64,000 nucleotides of DNA, from contig CBFHUR010000004.1 of assembly GCA_965658895.1 (NCBI GenBank), positions 67,647 through 131,646 of the forward strand. The letters are read 5' to 3'. The notes under the pieces were generated by a model, which was not told the DNA's origin, made no database searches, and worked only from the letters and a program-made list of their open reading frames with translations. Numbering within the stretch: the stretch's first letter is position 1; every line of letters begins with the position of its first letter. Positions 17,529 to 27,912 of this stretch are shown piece after piece. Made by a program: the position numbers and the translations under genes. The stretch comes from Candidatus Binatia bacterium. Its GTDB lineage: Bacteria > Desulfobacterota > Binatia > UBA12015.

Positions 17529-20503
17529 GAACGCTCTCCTTGCCGACGATCTGTTTTCTTTATCGCCTTGTCCGCACCCTGTCGTGCCGAGCTTCTCTTC
17601 TCCAGAGCCCATCGAGCGGCACGCTGCACCGCAGGACTCTCATCAGATGCAGCCATTTCCAGACTTATCGTCAAATCCGCATCATTTACATAAGCTGCCA
17701 TCCACGCAGCCGTTTCTCTTTCTTCTTCGCTCCCCTCGCGTAACTCGATCCGAATCTGCGCCGCCACCAACGACGGATCGACCAGCTGATCGTCCAGCAG
17801 GAGCGAGGGGACATATTGCCCCGCCAAAGTGCCTGTATTCAAGGCATCAAACAAGGTTCCAAAATGCTCATGATCCCCCATCTGCACCAGCGAATAGGCC
17901 GAAATCATCCGCCACCATGTGGTTTCGTCCTCATCTTCAAAATATTCCAGTTGCGCGGCCAGATCGGGACGCCCTTGTTCGGCAGCAGAGATCGCCGCAA
18001 ACGGGCCAATTCGCTGGCGCTCGACAAAATCATCGAGCATCGCCACCATCTCTTCGGTTCGGAAGTCCTTGGGCAGGGCCCATAGAGGCCCCTCGGAATC
18101 CCCGGCGAGACGGAATCGGTCCGAAAGCCGCCGTGCCAGAACGAAGTTGATCGACCGTGCGGTCTCCCAACGCAGGCGACCCGAGGAGGACAGAAAGACA
18201 TCCTGCAGATAAGGCAGCGCTGCGGGGCCGGCATATTCTCCCATGGCCCGGATCAAAAGCAATTGCTCGCGTGGGCCATTCACCATGGTCTCGGCAACCA
18301 CGCCGAGCCCGCCGGGCTCGCGATCAGCGACACGCAAGGCGGCCGCCAGAATAGCGCCGCGGATGCCGCGATCGACATCTGCCAAGCGACTTCCCCACAC
18401 GGCGAGATCCGTTGGAGATCCCCCCGCACCGATCCGCTCCATCTCCAGCAGGACTTCACGAAAATCGCCTGCGGCAAACGCGACCGAAGAGGCCGGGCGC
18501 AACTCGGGTGCCGCCCAGCTCGGATCGCTCTCGCGCAACTCGCGGCGCGCCAGAATATCGTAACGGCCGATCCGTCGGACCAGTTCGTAATGGTTCTGAA
18601 TATAGTCGCGGAGAATGAAATAATAAGCGGGCGAGGCCGAGAAGTACCCCAGTCGATCATTGAGGGACACCACCAGCGCCGGCGGGTCGGCCGCCAACTC
18701 GGCGACCATATCCGCCTCATCGGCATGCGACGGGCGTCCCGGAAAAAAGTAGTCATGGGGGAGAGGCGTCCGCCGATCGGTCACAAAGGGAACAATCGCC
18801 AACGCCGGGAACACAAAGATCTCTTCTTGTGGCTCCGTCCAACTTTCCACGAAAGCGGCCACCTCCTGCAATTCACGGAGGTCATGATCCCGGTCGGTTT
18901 CCACCCCCACCGGAAGTGGTGCTTGCTGCAAAAGGGTTGTCGCGCGACTCTCCGGCCATGGGGAAAAAGCCAATCGGGCATCCACAAAGGGCGCCCCACG
19001 GGCAAAGAGGCCGAGAGCGATGGGGAGCATCACGAGTACTCGAATCCGCCCCGGCGTCCACCAGGGCGTCGTGCTGGCCAGAGAAGCGCTCGCCCAGGTC
19101 TCGAAGCGCCACAAGGCCGCCGCTGCGAGAACCAGCGCCGAAGGCATCCCCACCACCACATGCATGAAGTCGATCCGGGGATAGAGCTGAAGGAAAAGCA
19201 TCAATCCAAAAATGAGGGCGACCGTCATTCGAGCCAACGAGGGCCTTACCTGTTCCTCACTCCAGACCAGGGGGTGGCAGATCCTGTCGAGCCAGAAACC
19301 CACGCCGGCCAGCAGCAGGGCCGGAATCAGAAAAAAGCTCAAATTCTCCAATTGCATGGCAATCGAGAGCAGGAGGCCTTCAGGCGCCAGGCCGAAAATC
19401 GCCAGCGCACCCACGGCGCCCACCCCGAGGATCGTAGCCAATGCCATCTGGGCTCGGCGTCGCAGGACCCCCGCCCCCGCCAGAAACACCACCCCCCAAA
19501 GCGAGACGAGCCCCGCAAGCAGCACGGCACTCCACGCGCTGACGTCCGGATAATAGATCAGGTAAATGCGCTCGACCCCGGCTCCCAGCAGAAGGATCTC
19601 CTCGGCGAACCTGTCGATGCCCAGGCGTGGCAGAAAATACGATAGCCAAAGCATCGTGACCAGCACGAAACCCCCGAGGATCGCACCGACATCCACAAAG
19701 CCGGCACTCACCGGGCGTCGCGCGAGCGATCCAAAGTTACGCCGGACCACAAGCCGTCGCCATAACCCGCCACCAATCACCAGGAGAAGCGGCAGTCCGA
19801 GCAGAAAGAACTGCTCGGTGAGAACATCGAACGTCAGTACGGCAAAAACCGCGATGAAGGCCACGACCAGAAGAAACCCTTCCAGAAGAGCGCCCAGACG
19901 CCCGACCAGAGGTGCGGTCACCAGAAGTTGGCAGAGAACTACGGATCCCAAAGCCAGGATCCCTGTGTTCGGTTTGAAAGAGAAGGCCACGCCAGCGCCC
20001 ACACCAGCGAGCCCCAACCAGATTCGCGACCGCTTCTCTACGGCCTTCATCATCGCCAACTCGGTGGCCAGCCAGGCACAGACGGCATACCAGGCCGGAT
20101 AAGGTATGTTGAAAGACGCGAACTGCCCGGCGAAAAACGGGAGATAGATCGCATAGACCAAGGCTGCGGCTGCGGACTCCAGTGGGGGTGCGAAGCGTAA
20201 AGCAAGGCGGAAGACGAGAACGACAGAGGCCGCATTCACCCCGACCAGAACGAGGCGCAAGGGCACCACCGAAACCCCGAACCAATCGAAAAGCCAGGCG
20301 TTCAGATAGAAAACTGCGGGGGTATAGCCCGTATGGAAATCGAGATAAGGCCGATCTCCACGAAAGGTCCGCAAGATCTGGTAGAGGATATTGCCTTCGT
20401 CCTCGAGATTGAATCCGTAGCCGACAAACGACCCGAAAAGGGCCGACACCAATACACCCAGCGCAAGAGTCTGGGGCCAGGCTCCCGGGGCGACGCGGTT
20501 CAT
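17525..20503 (-). CDS. GT-C-fold membrane glycosyltransferase-like protein fused to a C-terminal HEAT/PBS-lyase-like repeat domain
   Basis: The N-terminal roughly 600 aa are polytopic, with a DEG acidic motif in the first loop (NLEDEGNILYQILRTFRGDRPYLDFHTGYTPAVFY) and FSFKPNTG. The C-terminal roughly 330 aa contain repeated alpha-helical units (e.g. AVQRAARWALEKR, LIRAMGEYAGPAALPYL) typical of HEAT repeats. It is a paralog of the gene at 24951-26816. Confidence 0.7.
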   Translation of the reverse strand: MNRVAPGAWPQTLALGVLVSALFGSFVGYGFNLEDEGNILYQILRTFRGDRPYLDFHTGYTPAVFYLNAWLFDWFGVSVVPLRLVLVGVNAASVVLVFRLALRFAPPLESAAAALVYAIYLPFFAGQFASFNIPYPAWYAVCAWLATELAMMKAVEKRSRIWLGLAGVGAGVAFSFKPNTGILALGSVVLCQLLVTAPLVGRLGALLEGFLLVVAFIAVFAVLTFDVLTEQFFLLGLPLLLVIGGGLWRRLVVRRNFGSLARRPVSAGFVDVGAILGGFVLVTMLWLSYFLPRLGIDRFAEEILLLGAGVERIYLIYYPDVSAWSAVLLAGLVSLWGVVFLAGAGVLRRRAQMALATILGVGAVGALAIFGLAPEGLLLSIAMQLENLSFFLIPALLLAGVGFWLDRICHPLVWSEEQVRPSLARMTVALIFGLMLFLQLYPRIDFMHVVVGMPSALVLAAAALWRFETWASASLASTTPWWTPGRIRVLVMLPIALGLFARGAPFVDARLAFSPWPESRATTLLQQAPLPVGVETDRDHDLRELQEVAAFVESWTEPQEEIFVFPALAIVPFVTDRRTPLPHDYFFPGRPSHADEADMVAELAADPPALVVSLNDRLGYFSASPAYYFILRDYIQNHYELVRRIGRYDILARRELRESDPSWAAPELRPASSVAFAAGDFREVLLEMERIGAGGSPTDLAVWGSRLADVDRGIRGAILAAALRVADREPGGLGVVAETMVNGPREQLLLIRAMGEYAGPAALPYLQDVFLSSSGRLRWETARSINFVLARRLSDRFRLAGDSEGPLWALPKDFRTEEMVAMLDDFVERQRIGPFAAISAAEQGRPDLAAQLEYFEDEDETTWWRMISAYSLVQMGDHEHFGTLFDALNTGTLAGQYVPSLLLDDQLVDPSLVAAQIRIELREGSEEERETAAWMAAYVNDADLTISLEMAASDESPAVQRAARWALEKRSSARQGADKAIKKTDRRQGERS

Positions 20504-21669
20504 GCCGCACGCTCCCCGGAATCATCGGCGAGGAAATCTCGAACCTCGGGCATGGACTGCCCGGCAGCCAGCGCCTTGAGGACCCCGGCGAAGGCATCGG
20601 CGACCGCATCCCACCCGAAGCGGCTCGCCCAGTCCAGAGCCCCGGCCGAGAGACGTCCTCGCAAATCCGGATCTTCCAGAACGCGCACCACGGCATCCGC
20701 AAGCGCCTCGGGATCGGCCCGGGGAACCCGCAACCCATTGACGTCGGGACGAACCGAATCACGCAAGCCCGGCACGTCGGTGGCGACCACCGGGGTCCCG
20801 CAAGCATTCGCCTCCAGAACCGTCAGCCCCCAGCCCTCCTTGTGGGAAGGCTGAACAACCACCGCAGCCCGGCGCATCCAGTCGATCTTCTCGGCCTCGG
20901 AAACAAAACCCGCAAAGGTGATCTGCGAGGCCCCCGGAGATTTCGCAGCGCGTACGCGGAGATCATCTCCCGCCGTCCCTGCCCCTACCAAAACCAACCG
21001 CGCATCGGGTTTTCGAGCGAAGATCCGACTCCAGGCATCCAGCAGAATATCGACACCCTTGTAGTATTCCAGGCGGCCCACGAAGACGATCAAACCAGGT
21101 TCGACAGCAACCGAGGCATCCGGCGCGAATCGCGCATGATCCAGACCGTTGGGAATGACGCGAATCGAATCTCCGGGAAGAAATCGAGCCCGCAGATCAT
21201 CTCGGGTGCTGGGCGACACCACGACAAAAGGCCAGCGCCGGTACGCCAGCGGCAACATCGCTTCCGTCGCGGCAACAAAGCTGGCAATCGGCAAGGAGAC
21301 CTGGCGAAACGCCGAGAGGCCGAAGAGGTGATGGACCAATCCCAACTTGGGCGCCGTTGGCAAATAAAGCTGCGAGAAAAAAAGCAGCTTGCATAGATTT
21401 TCCACGACCAGGTCGTAATCCCCGGTTGCCCATTCCCGGCGACTCCGCCCGGGGAGTTGCGCATAATAGGAAAAGCGGTTGCCAAAGCGGAGAAAACGAA
21501 TCCCGCCACGGCGCTCCTCGGCAATGGCATCCGGAAACCCGGCGCAAAGTACCGTCAGCTCGATGCCATGGCGGGAGGCAAGACGTTGCCCGAGCTCTTC
21601 GAGGTGAACCTCGACGCCACCCGCAAGCGGATGGCTCACATCCCGCTCATTGAGCATCAGAACGCGCAT
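20500..21669 (-). CDS. GT4 family glycosyltransferase
   Basis: GT-B fold with EX7E-type motif SHKEGWGLTVLEANACGTPVVATD. Confidence 0.85.
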   Translation of the reverse strand: MRVLMLNERDVSHPLAGGVEVHLEELGQRLASRHGIELTVLCAGFPDAIAEERRGGIRFLRFGNRFSYYAQLPGRSRREWATGDYDLVVENLCKLLFFSQLYLPTAPKLGLVHHLFGLSAFRQVSLPIASFVAATEAMLPLAYRRWPFVVVSPSTRDDLRARFLPGDSIRVIPNGLDHARFAPDASVAVEPGLIVFVGRLEYYKGVDILLDAWSRIFARKPDARLVLVGAGTAGDDLRVRAAKSPGASQITFAGFVSEAEKIDWMRRAAVVVQPSHKEGWGLTVLEANACGTPVVATDVPGLRDSVRPDVNGLRVPRADPEALADAVVRVLEDPDLRGRLSAGALDWASRFGWDAVADAFAGVLKALAAGQSMPEVRDFLADDSGERAA

Positions 21670-21679
21670 GCCCGCTCGC

Positions 21680-22396
21680 CTACAGCCAGCCGAGCATCCT
21701 GCGAAACTTCAACTCCCAGACAATCCACAATGCCTCGAGGCCGATTCGCTTGCTCATCTTGGAGTCCCCGATCGTACGATCCATGAAAATGATCGGGACT
21801 TCGACAATCTTGAAACCCTTGCACCAGGCCCGGTAGTTCATCTCGATCTGAAAGGAATAACCGTTGGCGCGAATCCCGGCGAGATCGATCGCCTCGAGCG
21901 TCTCTCGCCGCCAGCATTTGAAACCGCCCGTCGTGTCGCTGATCGGCATACGCGTCAATTTGCGAACATAGTAATTGCCGAAATAACTGAGCAGAAGCCG
22001 TTCGATCGGCCAGTTCACAACAGTGATGCCCTCATAATAGCGCGACCCGAGCACCAGGTCATTATTCTCGGCTTCCCGGAACATCTCGGGGAGAGAATCA
22101 ATCGGATGCGAAAAATCGGCATCCATCTGCACAACATAGTCGGCACCAAGATCCAGAGCCTTGCGAAACCCGGTCTGGTAGGCGGGCCCGAGTCCCTGTT
22201 TGGATTCCCGTCGAACCAGATGAATTCGGCCCAATTCGGCGGCGACAGCTTCGACCGCGTCCCCGGTCCCGTCAGGGGACTGGTCGTCCACGACGACGAC
22301 CTCGATCTCGGGGTCCACCTGCAACAACTCCGGAAGCAACTTCTCGATATTGCCTCTCTCGTTGTATGTGGGAACGACGACGACTTTCAAAGACAC
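21680..22396 (-). CDS. GT2 polyprenyl-phosphate sugar synthase (Dpm1/Ppm1-like), second copy
   Basis: VVPTYNERGN...VDDQSPDGT...DADFSHP...GFKCWRR is a paralog of the gene at 9755-10459. Its GC content is lower than its surroundings by eye. Confidence 0.85.
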   Translation of the reverse strand: MSLKVVVVPTYNERGNIEKLLPELLQVDPEIEVVVVDDQSPDGTGDAVEAVAAELGRIHLVRRESKQGLGPAYQTGFRKALDLGADYVVQMDADFSHPIDSLPEMFREAENNDLVLGSRYYEGITVVNWPIERLLLSYFGNYYVRKLTRMPISDTTGGFKCWRRETLEAIDLAGIRANGYSFQIEMNYRAWCKGFKIVEVPIIFMDRTIGDSKMSKRIGLEALWIVWELKFRRMLGWL

Positions 22397-22523
22397 GGAA
22401 TGCTTTCGCGGAAATTTGTGGGGAAAAGGGAATCAAAGGGAACCATCGGGGCCTCCAGCTGGCCGTTCTCTACAGTCTCTTCGTAACAGATTTGACGGTC
22501 GGATAGGAACCGAAGGAATTGAA

Positions 22524-23957
22524 TCAGCGGGAAACTTCGGACGTGCGCTCTCCGATAGCCTCCTGCAATGCCTTGAGGTCGCCGGGCGCCACCGTACCCG
22601 TTCCCCAAAGAACCGCGGGAAAAGCTACGAGGACGACCAAAGCCCTCAATAGTCCTTCGTCCACCACCCACGAAAGCATTAAACAGGCCAAGGCAAGTGC
22701 CATAGTGGGCAAAATAGCCCGGCAACAGGGCCAAATCGGTTCGCGAGTCGCAGGTAGCAGGAGCAGCAGCAGATGCCCGGCCGCAAATCCGACCACCACA
22801 CCAATCGCTGCGCCCTCGATCCCGAAGCGTGGCACCAGAAAGAGCTGCAGCAGAATCAGCACCACAGCGCTGGCGCTATTGACGCCAATCAAAAACCGCT
22901 GATGTCCGGTAACCACCAACAAATTTGCATAGAGTGTCCCCACGGCGGCAAAAGGCCCCGACCACAGAAGAATAGCCAGAACCGGCCCTGCGGCCGCAAA
23001 GCGCTCGCCGAAAAGACCCTCGATGATCGGGTCCGCCAGCGCGCCTGCCAAAAGAGCCGTGAAGCAAAGTGCCACCGCCAGCATCTTGGCGGTGAGACTG
23101 GCCAGCGGCGCCAAAGCCTCGGGACGCGATGTTCCCAACCGAGCGAGCAAGGGAAACATCAGGAGCATCGCCCCTTCGCCCACCAGATTGGTAGCCTCCG
23201 CAAGGCGCGCGGCAGAGGCGTATAGACCAACCGCATCCGGCCCCGCGGTGCGCATCAACACCAGGGCTCCGGCCCGCAGCCCGAGCATCAGAACAAGAAG
23301 ATTCACACCCACCGGCCAGGACTCCGACAACAAGGATCGCCAAACGGGAAAAGCGACTCGGATCCGCACCCGAAAGGATCGCGAAACCAGAAAGGCTGCA
23401 AATGCAATCCCCGCCCAGGTGGACGCGGCATAGGCCAGCCAGAGTGCCGGGAGCCCTCCCCCGCGATGGGTGACCCAAAAGATGGCGAGCAGTGTGACCG
23501 TCGCGGTAAGTGCCGCAACGGCGAAGACCGCGCCGAGGCGAAGCTCCGCCCGCAATAGCGCTCGGAAACCCGGTTGGGCCAGAAACAGAAGCGAGGCACA
23601 GCCCAGAAGGACCACCGGCATGATCCCTCCGCCTTCCCCGGACACCAAAGGCGCCAACAGCACGGCAAGACTCGCACTGCCCAGAGCAAGCCCCAGACGC
23701 AGACCGAGAGCAGCCGAAAGGATCGCCGGCCGGTCGGCCTCGGGCGCCGAAAGGCGCCGCACCAGAATCGGCTCGAGACCAAAATCGGCCAAAACCTGAA
23801 ATAGCGTCAAATAGGCGACGATAAAGCTGTAGATCCCGTAGGTTTCCGTGGGCAGCACGCGCGCCAGAAGGACGATGAGGAGAAACGCGGCTCCTTTCTC
23901 CACGACCAGCGCGCCCATCGCAAAGCCGCTCTGTCCCATGAAGGTACGCAACCTCAA
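22524..23957 (-). CDS. Wzx-like polysaccharide/oligosaccharide flippase (MOP superfamily)
   Basis: 477 aa with about 12-14 TM helices and a PST-family N-terminal region (TYGIYSFIVAYLTLFQVLADFGLEPILVRR). Confidence 0.75.
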   Translation of the reverse strand: MRLRTFMGQSGFAMGALVVEKGAAFLLIVLLARVLPTETYGIYSFIVAYLTLFQVLADFGLEPILVRRLSAPEADRPAILSAALGLRLGLALGSASLAVLLAPLVSGEGGGIMPVVLLGCASLLFLAQPGFRALLRAELRLGAVFAVAALTATVTLLAIFWVTHRGGGLPALWLAYAASTWAGIAFAAFLVSRSFRVRIRVAFPVWRSLLSESWPVGVNLLVLMLGLRAGALVLMRTAGPDAVGLYASAARLAEATNLVGEGAMLLMFPLLARLGTSRPEALAPLASLTAKMLAVALCFTALLAGALADPIIEGLFGERFAAAGPVLAILLWSGPFAAVGTLYANLLVVTGHQRFLIGVNSASAVVLILLQLFLVPRFGIEGAAIGVVVGFAAGHLLLLLLPATREPIWPCCRAILPTMALALACLMLSWVVDEGLLRALVVLVAFPAVLWGTGTVAPGDLKALQEAIGERTSEVSR

Positions 23958-24898
23958 GGCTGACTCCGGGGCGGATGGTCCAGTCCGAGTTCGGCTCGCG
24001 GCAGAGGACGCCCGAAGAATTGATCACGGGCCCCCTGCCATTTCATCGCCACGCCTGCCGATTCCCCCGAAAGAGCCCGACGAAGCCACTGTCCGGGCAA
24101 ACTGGCCAGAAAAAAGACGCCAAAGCAGAGCCGCTGCGCGACGGAGCCGTGCCGGCCCACAAACCGCAACATGTTGCGCCCGGCAAAATATTGCTTTCGA
24201 CTGACGTAGGAACCGCCCGAGCTGCCCTCGCCCCGATGCCTGATCCGGGCCGCACCCGTCCACACGACGCGAAGACCGGCCTGTCGCGCGCGAACACAGA
24301 GATCCACTTCCTCATGATAGGCAAAAAATTCCTCGTCGAAGAAGCCGAGCCCCGACAAGGCGGATAGATTCAGCAGGATCGCGCAGCCCGACACCCATTC
24401 GGCGTCGCGAACCCCCTCCCACTCGGGGGTGTCGGGAACGCCCTGACCGGCAAGGCCGACCAGACTCTGGCGCCAGGTGACCGTCCCCCAGGCCATCAAC
24501 AATCGGTTCGGAGCGGCCGCATCCAGGATCTTCGCGCCCACCAACCCGACACCGGAATCCTCCAGCGCGACCTCCAACAAACGATCGATTGCGCCTGGTT
24601 CACAGACCGCATCATTGTTCAGAACCACCGCGTAGGTGCACCCTGCCTGCAGAGCCCGGGACAAACCGGCGTTGGCCCCCCCGGCGTAGCCAAGGTTGCG
24701 GGGATTTTCGACGGTCAGCAAGCCGGGGAACTGCTCCCGGGCCTCGCGCAGCACAGGCTTGGTCGAGGCATTATCGACCAGAATCAGCGTCGGCACGCAG
24801 TCGTTGGCCTGCGCACTTCGGAGTGCTTCGAGCGTCTCGGCGCCGCCGTCCCAGTCGAGGACTACGACGGCGACCTGCCCATGGGTCGATTGCGCCAT
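23954..24898 (-). CDS. GT2 family glycosyltransferase (rhamnosyl/galactosyltransferase-like)
   Basis: VAVVVLDWDG...LVDNASTK...VLNNDAV (DxD-like) and the ED motif YHEEVDLCVRA. Confidence 0.8.
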   Translation of the reverse strand: MAQSTHGQVAVVVLDWDGGAETLEALRSAQANDCVPTLILVDNASTKPVLREAREQFPGLLTVENPRNLGYAGGANAGLSRALQAGCTYAVVLNNDAVCEPGAIDRLLEVALEDSGVGLVGAKILDAAAPNRLLMAWGTVTWRQSLVGLAGQGVPDTPEWEGVRDAEWVSGCAILLNLSALSGLGFFDEEFFAYHEEVDLCVRARQAGLRVVWTGAARIRHRGEGSSGGSYVSRKQYFAGRNMLRFVGRHGSVAQRLCFGVFFLASLPGQWLRRALSGESAGVAMKWQGARDQFFGRPLPRAELGLDHPPRSQP

Positions 24899-24950
24899 GC
24901 GTCCTACCTATCGCGGTTCGGACGCAAGACAAAGAAGTCGGGGCCTCGGC

Positions 24951-26816
24951 TCAAGAATCCACTCTCCGCAGGGTGACTCCGGAAACCTCGTCCAAGGGAC
25001 TGGATTGCGCGCGCACAAACTCGAGCAGATCCTCAAAGTACCTGGGCGCGTCGACAAAAACCGGTGCGCTTGGGTCTCCGATAACCGCGAGAACCGGTCG
25101 GACCTGCGGCCAGGCCTGCCGGATCTGCAACGCCTCGCGCGCGTCGGGGCGACCCGGCACAAAATACACGTAATAAAACGGCGAGGGCCGGTCTGCGAGA
25201 AAGGCCAAGCCCGCCAGATCCGGGAAGGTGAAGATGGGCTCGTCGGGGCCGGTTTCCCGACGAATCCGCTCCACGACCGCCGCCATCGATCGGTAGGGAG
25301 CGGCCCGTGACTCCAGAACCTCCACGGACACGCCGGGGCCGAGAGGCACCGTGACCACCGGCTCGCTGAGGCGTGGCACCACCGTCGGCGCCATCCGCCC
25401 CAAAGCAAGCACCAAAAATACTGCGGCCAGGATCCCCGGTGCGCTCAGTTTCCGCGCCCCATCCCGGCGACGCTCGAAAAACCAATGCGCACTCGACCGC
25501 CGCCAGGTGCTGAGTCCCGCCAACAAGACCACCGGGCCGATTTGAGCGACGTGAATCAGGTCCGGGCGGGGATAGAGCGTGAGCAGCAGGAAGGCTGCGA
25601 GAATCAGCAAGGAGCGCTCCCGCTGACGATCCTCTCCCGAACCCACCGTCAGCAAGCCCGCCGTAATCACCAGGGGGCAACTCCAGAAAAGCATGTTCTC
25701 GGCCAACGGTCGCATTCCGCCACGAAAAGCGAACAAGGTCCCCACGATCGCGCCCAAAATCAGAACCCCCGGCGCGAGGCGTGCGGCTCGAGATCGGACC
25801 AGCCACATGGCCGCGAGGGCAGCACCGGCAAGAACCACCATACCCGGGCGAAATTCCGGCGCGGCCAGAGCATAAGCCTCGACCACCGATCGGCCCCCGT
25901 GGCCGACAAAGAAGACCTTCTCCAGGGTCTCGCTCCAACCGATTCGTGCAATCAGGCTGCCCAGCCAGGGAAGCGTGGGAAGAAGAAACCCGCCACCGAG
26001 CAACGCAAGATCCCGCAAGGCGGTCCGACGCCCTGCCTCACGCACCGGACCAGCCACGACAACCGCGGCAAGCGTGGGGAGAAGCAAGGCCACCCCCAGC
26101 CGGGAATCAAGTACCGGCATCAGCATCCAGACGAGCAATACGGCCGCCAACCCACGCAGGCCCCAGCTGCAGAGGCGCTCCGCAACGTGGGTGGTTCGCC
26201 AGGAGGCCGCTACGGCCAGCGACGAGCCCGCCAACAAGAAGAGTCCGGTGTTGGGCTTCAGCCCGAAGGCAAACGCCGCACCGAGCCCGGCGAGAAAGAT
26301 CCCCCAGGAATCTCGCCTTGCCGAGTTGCCCTCACCCAACTCGGCAAGCAAGGCCACCGACATCAGAACCGCCGGCAAGGCCAACCAACCCGGGTAGGGA
26401 ATATTGAGGGGAGCACCACGGTCGAGCGAAACCGGCAGGAGAAACGCGATCAGAAACACCACCCCGACGGAAGCGGATGTCCGCCCCCCGGAATCTCGCA
26501 GAAGAGCGTAAATGGTCGCTGCCACACCCGCATGCACCACGACCAGCATCGTTCGGATCGCCGCAAAACCGCCAGCCTCCCAAACCCAGGACTGCAGGGC
26601 GAAGTATCCCGGCGTATAGCCGGTCTCGAAATCGGTATACGGCAACGCGCCTCGGGCGGCGCGCGAGATCTGGAAAAGCTGCGTCCCCTCGTCCACGGCA
26701 TCGAACCCGTACAGACGCCACATCCAGAGATAGGCCAGCGCCCCGAGGCCTACGCAAAGCGATTCGATGACGATGCGAGCCAGAGGTGGCCGGGAAACCT
26801 CAGCCGTGTGCTGCAC
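24951..26816 (-). CDS. GT-C-fold membrane glycosyltransferase-like protein (paralog of 17525-20503, without the HEAT tail)
   Basis: FDAVDEGTQLFQISRAARGALPYTDFETGYTPGYFAL and FGLKPNTG align with the corresponding blocks of the HEAT-fused paralog. It is polytopic throughout. Confidence 0.7.
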   Translation of the reverse strand: MQHTAEVSRPPLARIVIESLCVGLGALAYLWMWRLYGFDAVDEGTQLFQISRAARGALPYTDFETGYTPGYFALQSWVWEAGGFAAIRTMLVVVHAGVAATIYALLRDSGGRTSASVGVVFLIAFLLPVSLDRGAPLNIPYPGWLALPAVLMSVALLAELGEGNSARRDSWGIFLAGLGAAFAFGLKPNTGLFLLAGSSLAVAASWRTTHVAERLCSWGLRGLAAVLLVWMLMPVLDSRLGVALLLPTLAAVVVAGPVREAGRRTALRDLALLGGGFLLPTLPWLGSLIARIGWSETLEKVFFVGHGGRSVVEAYALAAPEFRPGMVVLAGAALAAMWLVRSRAARLAPGVLILGAIVGTLFAFRGGMRPLAENMLFWSCPLVITAGLLTVGSGEDRQRERSLLILAAFLLLTLYPRPDLIHVAQIGPVVLLAGLSTWRRSSAHWFFERRRDGARKLSAPGILAAVFLVLALGRMAPTVVPRLSEPVVTVPLGPGVSVEVLESRAAPYRSMAAVVERIRRETGPDEPIFTFPDLAGLAFLADRPSPFYYVYFVPGRPDAREALQIRQAWPQVRPVLAVIGDPSAPVFVDAPRYFEDLLEFVRAQSSPLDEVSGVTLRRVDS

Positions 26817-27912
26817 GATACACCTCCAGAGTTTGCGCGGCCGCCCGCGACCACGAAAGCTCGCTGGCGCGGCGCAAAGCCCGTGCGCCGTAGTCCCGGC
26901 AGACCTCGGTCGAGGTCACCAGACGGCGCAGAGCATCCGCCAATTGGCCGGAGTCCGGTGCCTTCACCAGGATCCCGGCATCCCCCACGACTTCGGGAAC
27001 CGAAGTCGCGGCCACGCCGACGACCGGACAACCGCAGGCCATCGCCTCGACAAAGGTCAGTCCGAACCCCTCGAAACTCGAGGGGCTGACCATGACGTCA
27101 GCCGCCCCATAGAGCTCGACCAGGTCGGACGCATCGACCTCTCCGGCGAGGTGGACAAACGGCGGCGGTGAGCGCAGCCAATCCGGCTCGTAGCCCGGTC
27201 GCCGACGGCCCGCGATCACCAGACGAATCGCATGCCCTTCGCCGGCCAGAGCACCCACAGCCTCGATGGCGGATTCAATGCGCTTGCGTGGCTGCGCGGT
27301 GCCCACAAAGGCTGCCAGGAAACCTTCTTCGACCCCGTAGTGTCGGCGCACGACCGCACGACGTGCCGGGTCCCCGATGGGCCGAAATTGTGCATGGACG
27401 CCATGGCCCACAACATCGATCCGTGAGGCTGGCACCTGCAGACGCGCCATCAGGTCGTCAGCTGTATATTGTGAAACAGCAATCACCCGTCGGGCCCTTC
27501 GGGCTGCGTGGCGCAAATGCACGTAAAGCTGCCAGCGTTGCGCGAAGGAAAAGGTATCGGGTTCGGCATATACGGCCAGATCGTGGATGGAGACGACCGA
27601 GGCCACCCGCGGCAGGCCCACCAACGGGAGGGCGTGCTTGGTTCCGTGATAGATGTCGGGACGGATGCGAAACAGGGCCGCCGGCACCCGCACATTGTCC
27701 CAGAGGGGCTGGTGCCAGGCGTTGGGCAATGGCAGTGAATGGACTTCCAGGTTGGATCGGCCGGCAAAAAGTTCGGGCCGATCGGTCAGAACATGCAACT
27801 CGATATCGTCAGGGTCGAGATCTGCCATCGCCTGCAGCAATTCGACAACATATGTGGCGGGGCCGCCGGTAACCCCGGCCACCGCCCCGATCGCCACGCG
27901 CAAACGCCTCAC
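26800..27912 (-). CDS. GT4 family glycosyltransferase
   Basis: SSFEGFGLTFVEAMACGCPVV EX7E motif. A GTG start at 27912 forms a GTGA overlap with the upstream stop. The ATG at 27933 would overlap the upstream gene by 25 nt. Confidence 0.8.
   Translation of the reverse strand: MRRLRVAIGAVAGVTGGPATYVVELLQAMADLDPDDIELHVLTDRPELFAGRSNLEVHSLPLPNAWHQPLWDNVRVPAALFRIRPDIYHGTKHALPLVGLPRVASVVSIHDLAVYAEPDTFSFAQRWQLYVHLRHAARRARRVIAVSQYTADDLMARLQVPASRIDVVGHGVHAQFRPIGDPARRAVVRRHYGVEEGFLAAFVGTAQPRKRIESAIEAVGALAGEGHAIRLVIAGRRRPGYEPDWLRSPPPFVHLAGEVDASDLVELYGAADVMVSPSSFEGFGLTFVEAMACGCPVVGVAATSVPEVVGDAGILVKAPDSGQLADALRRLVTSTEVCRDYGARALRRASELSWSRAAAQTLEVYRAAHG

Noticed and set aside
25485-27089. 534-aa plus-strand ORF, and 25033-25938 minus-strand ORF, overlapping the GT-C paralog and GT4 genes
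   Set aside because: Both are Arg-rich shadow frames of confidently assigned glycosyltransferase genes.
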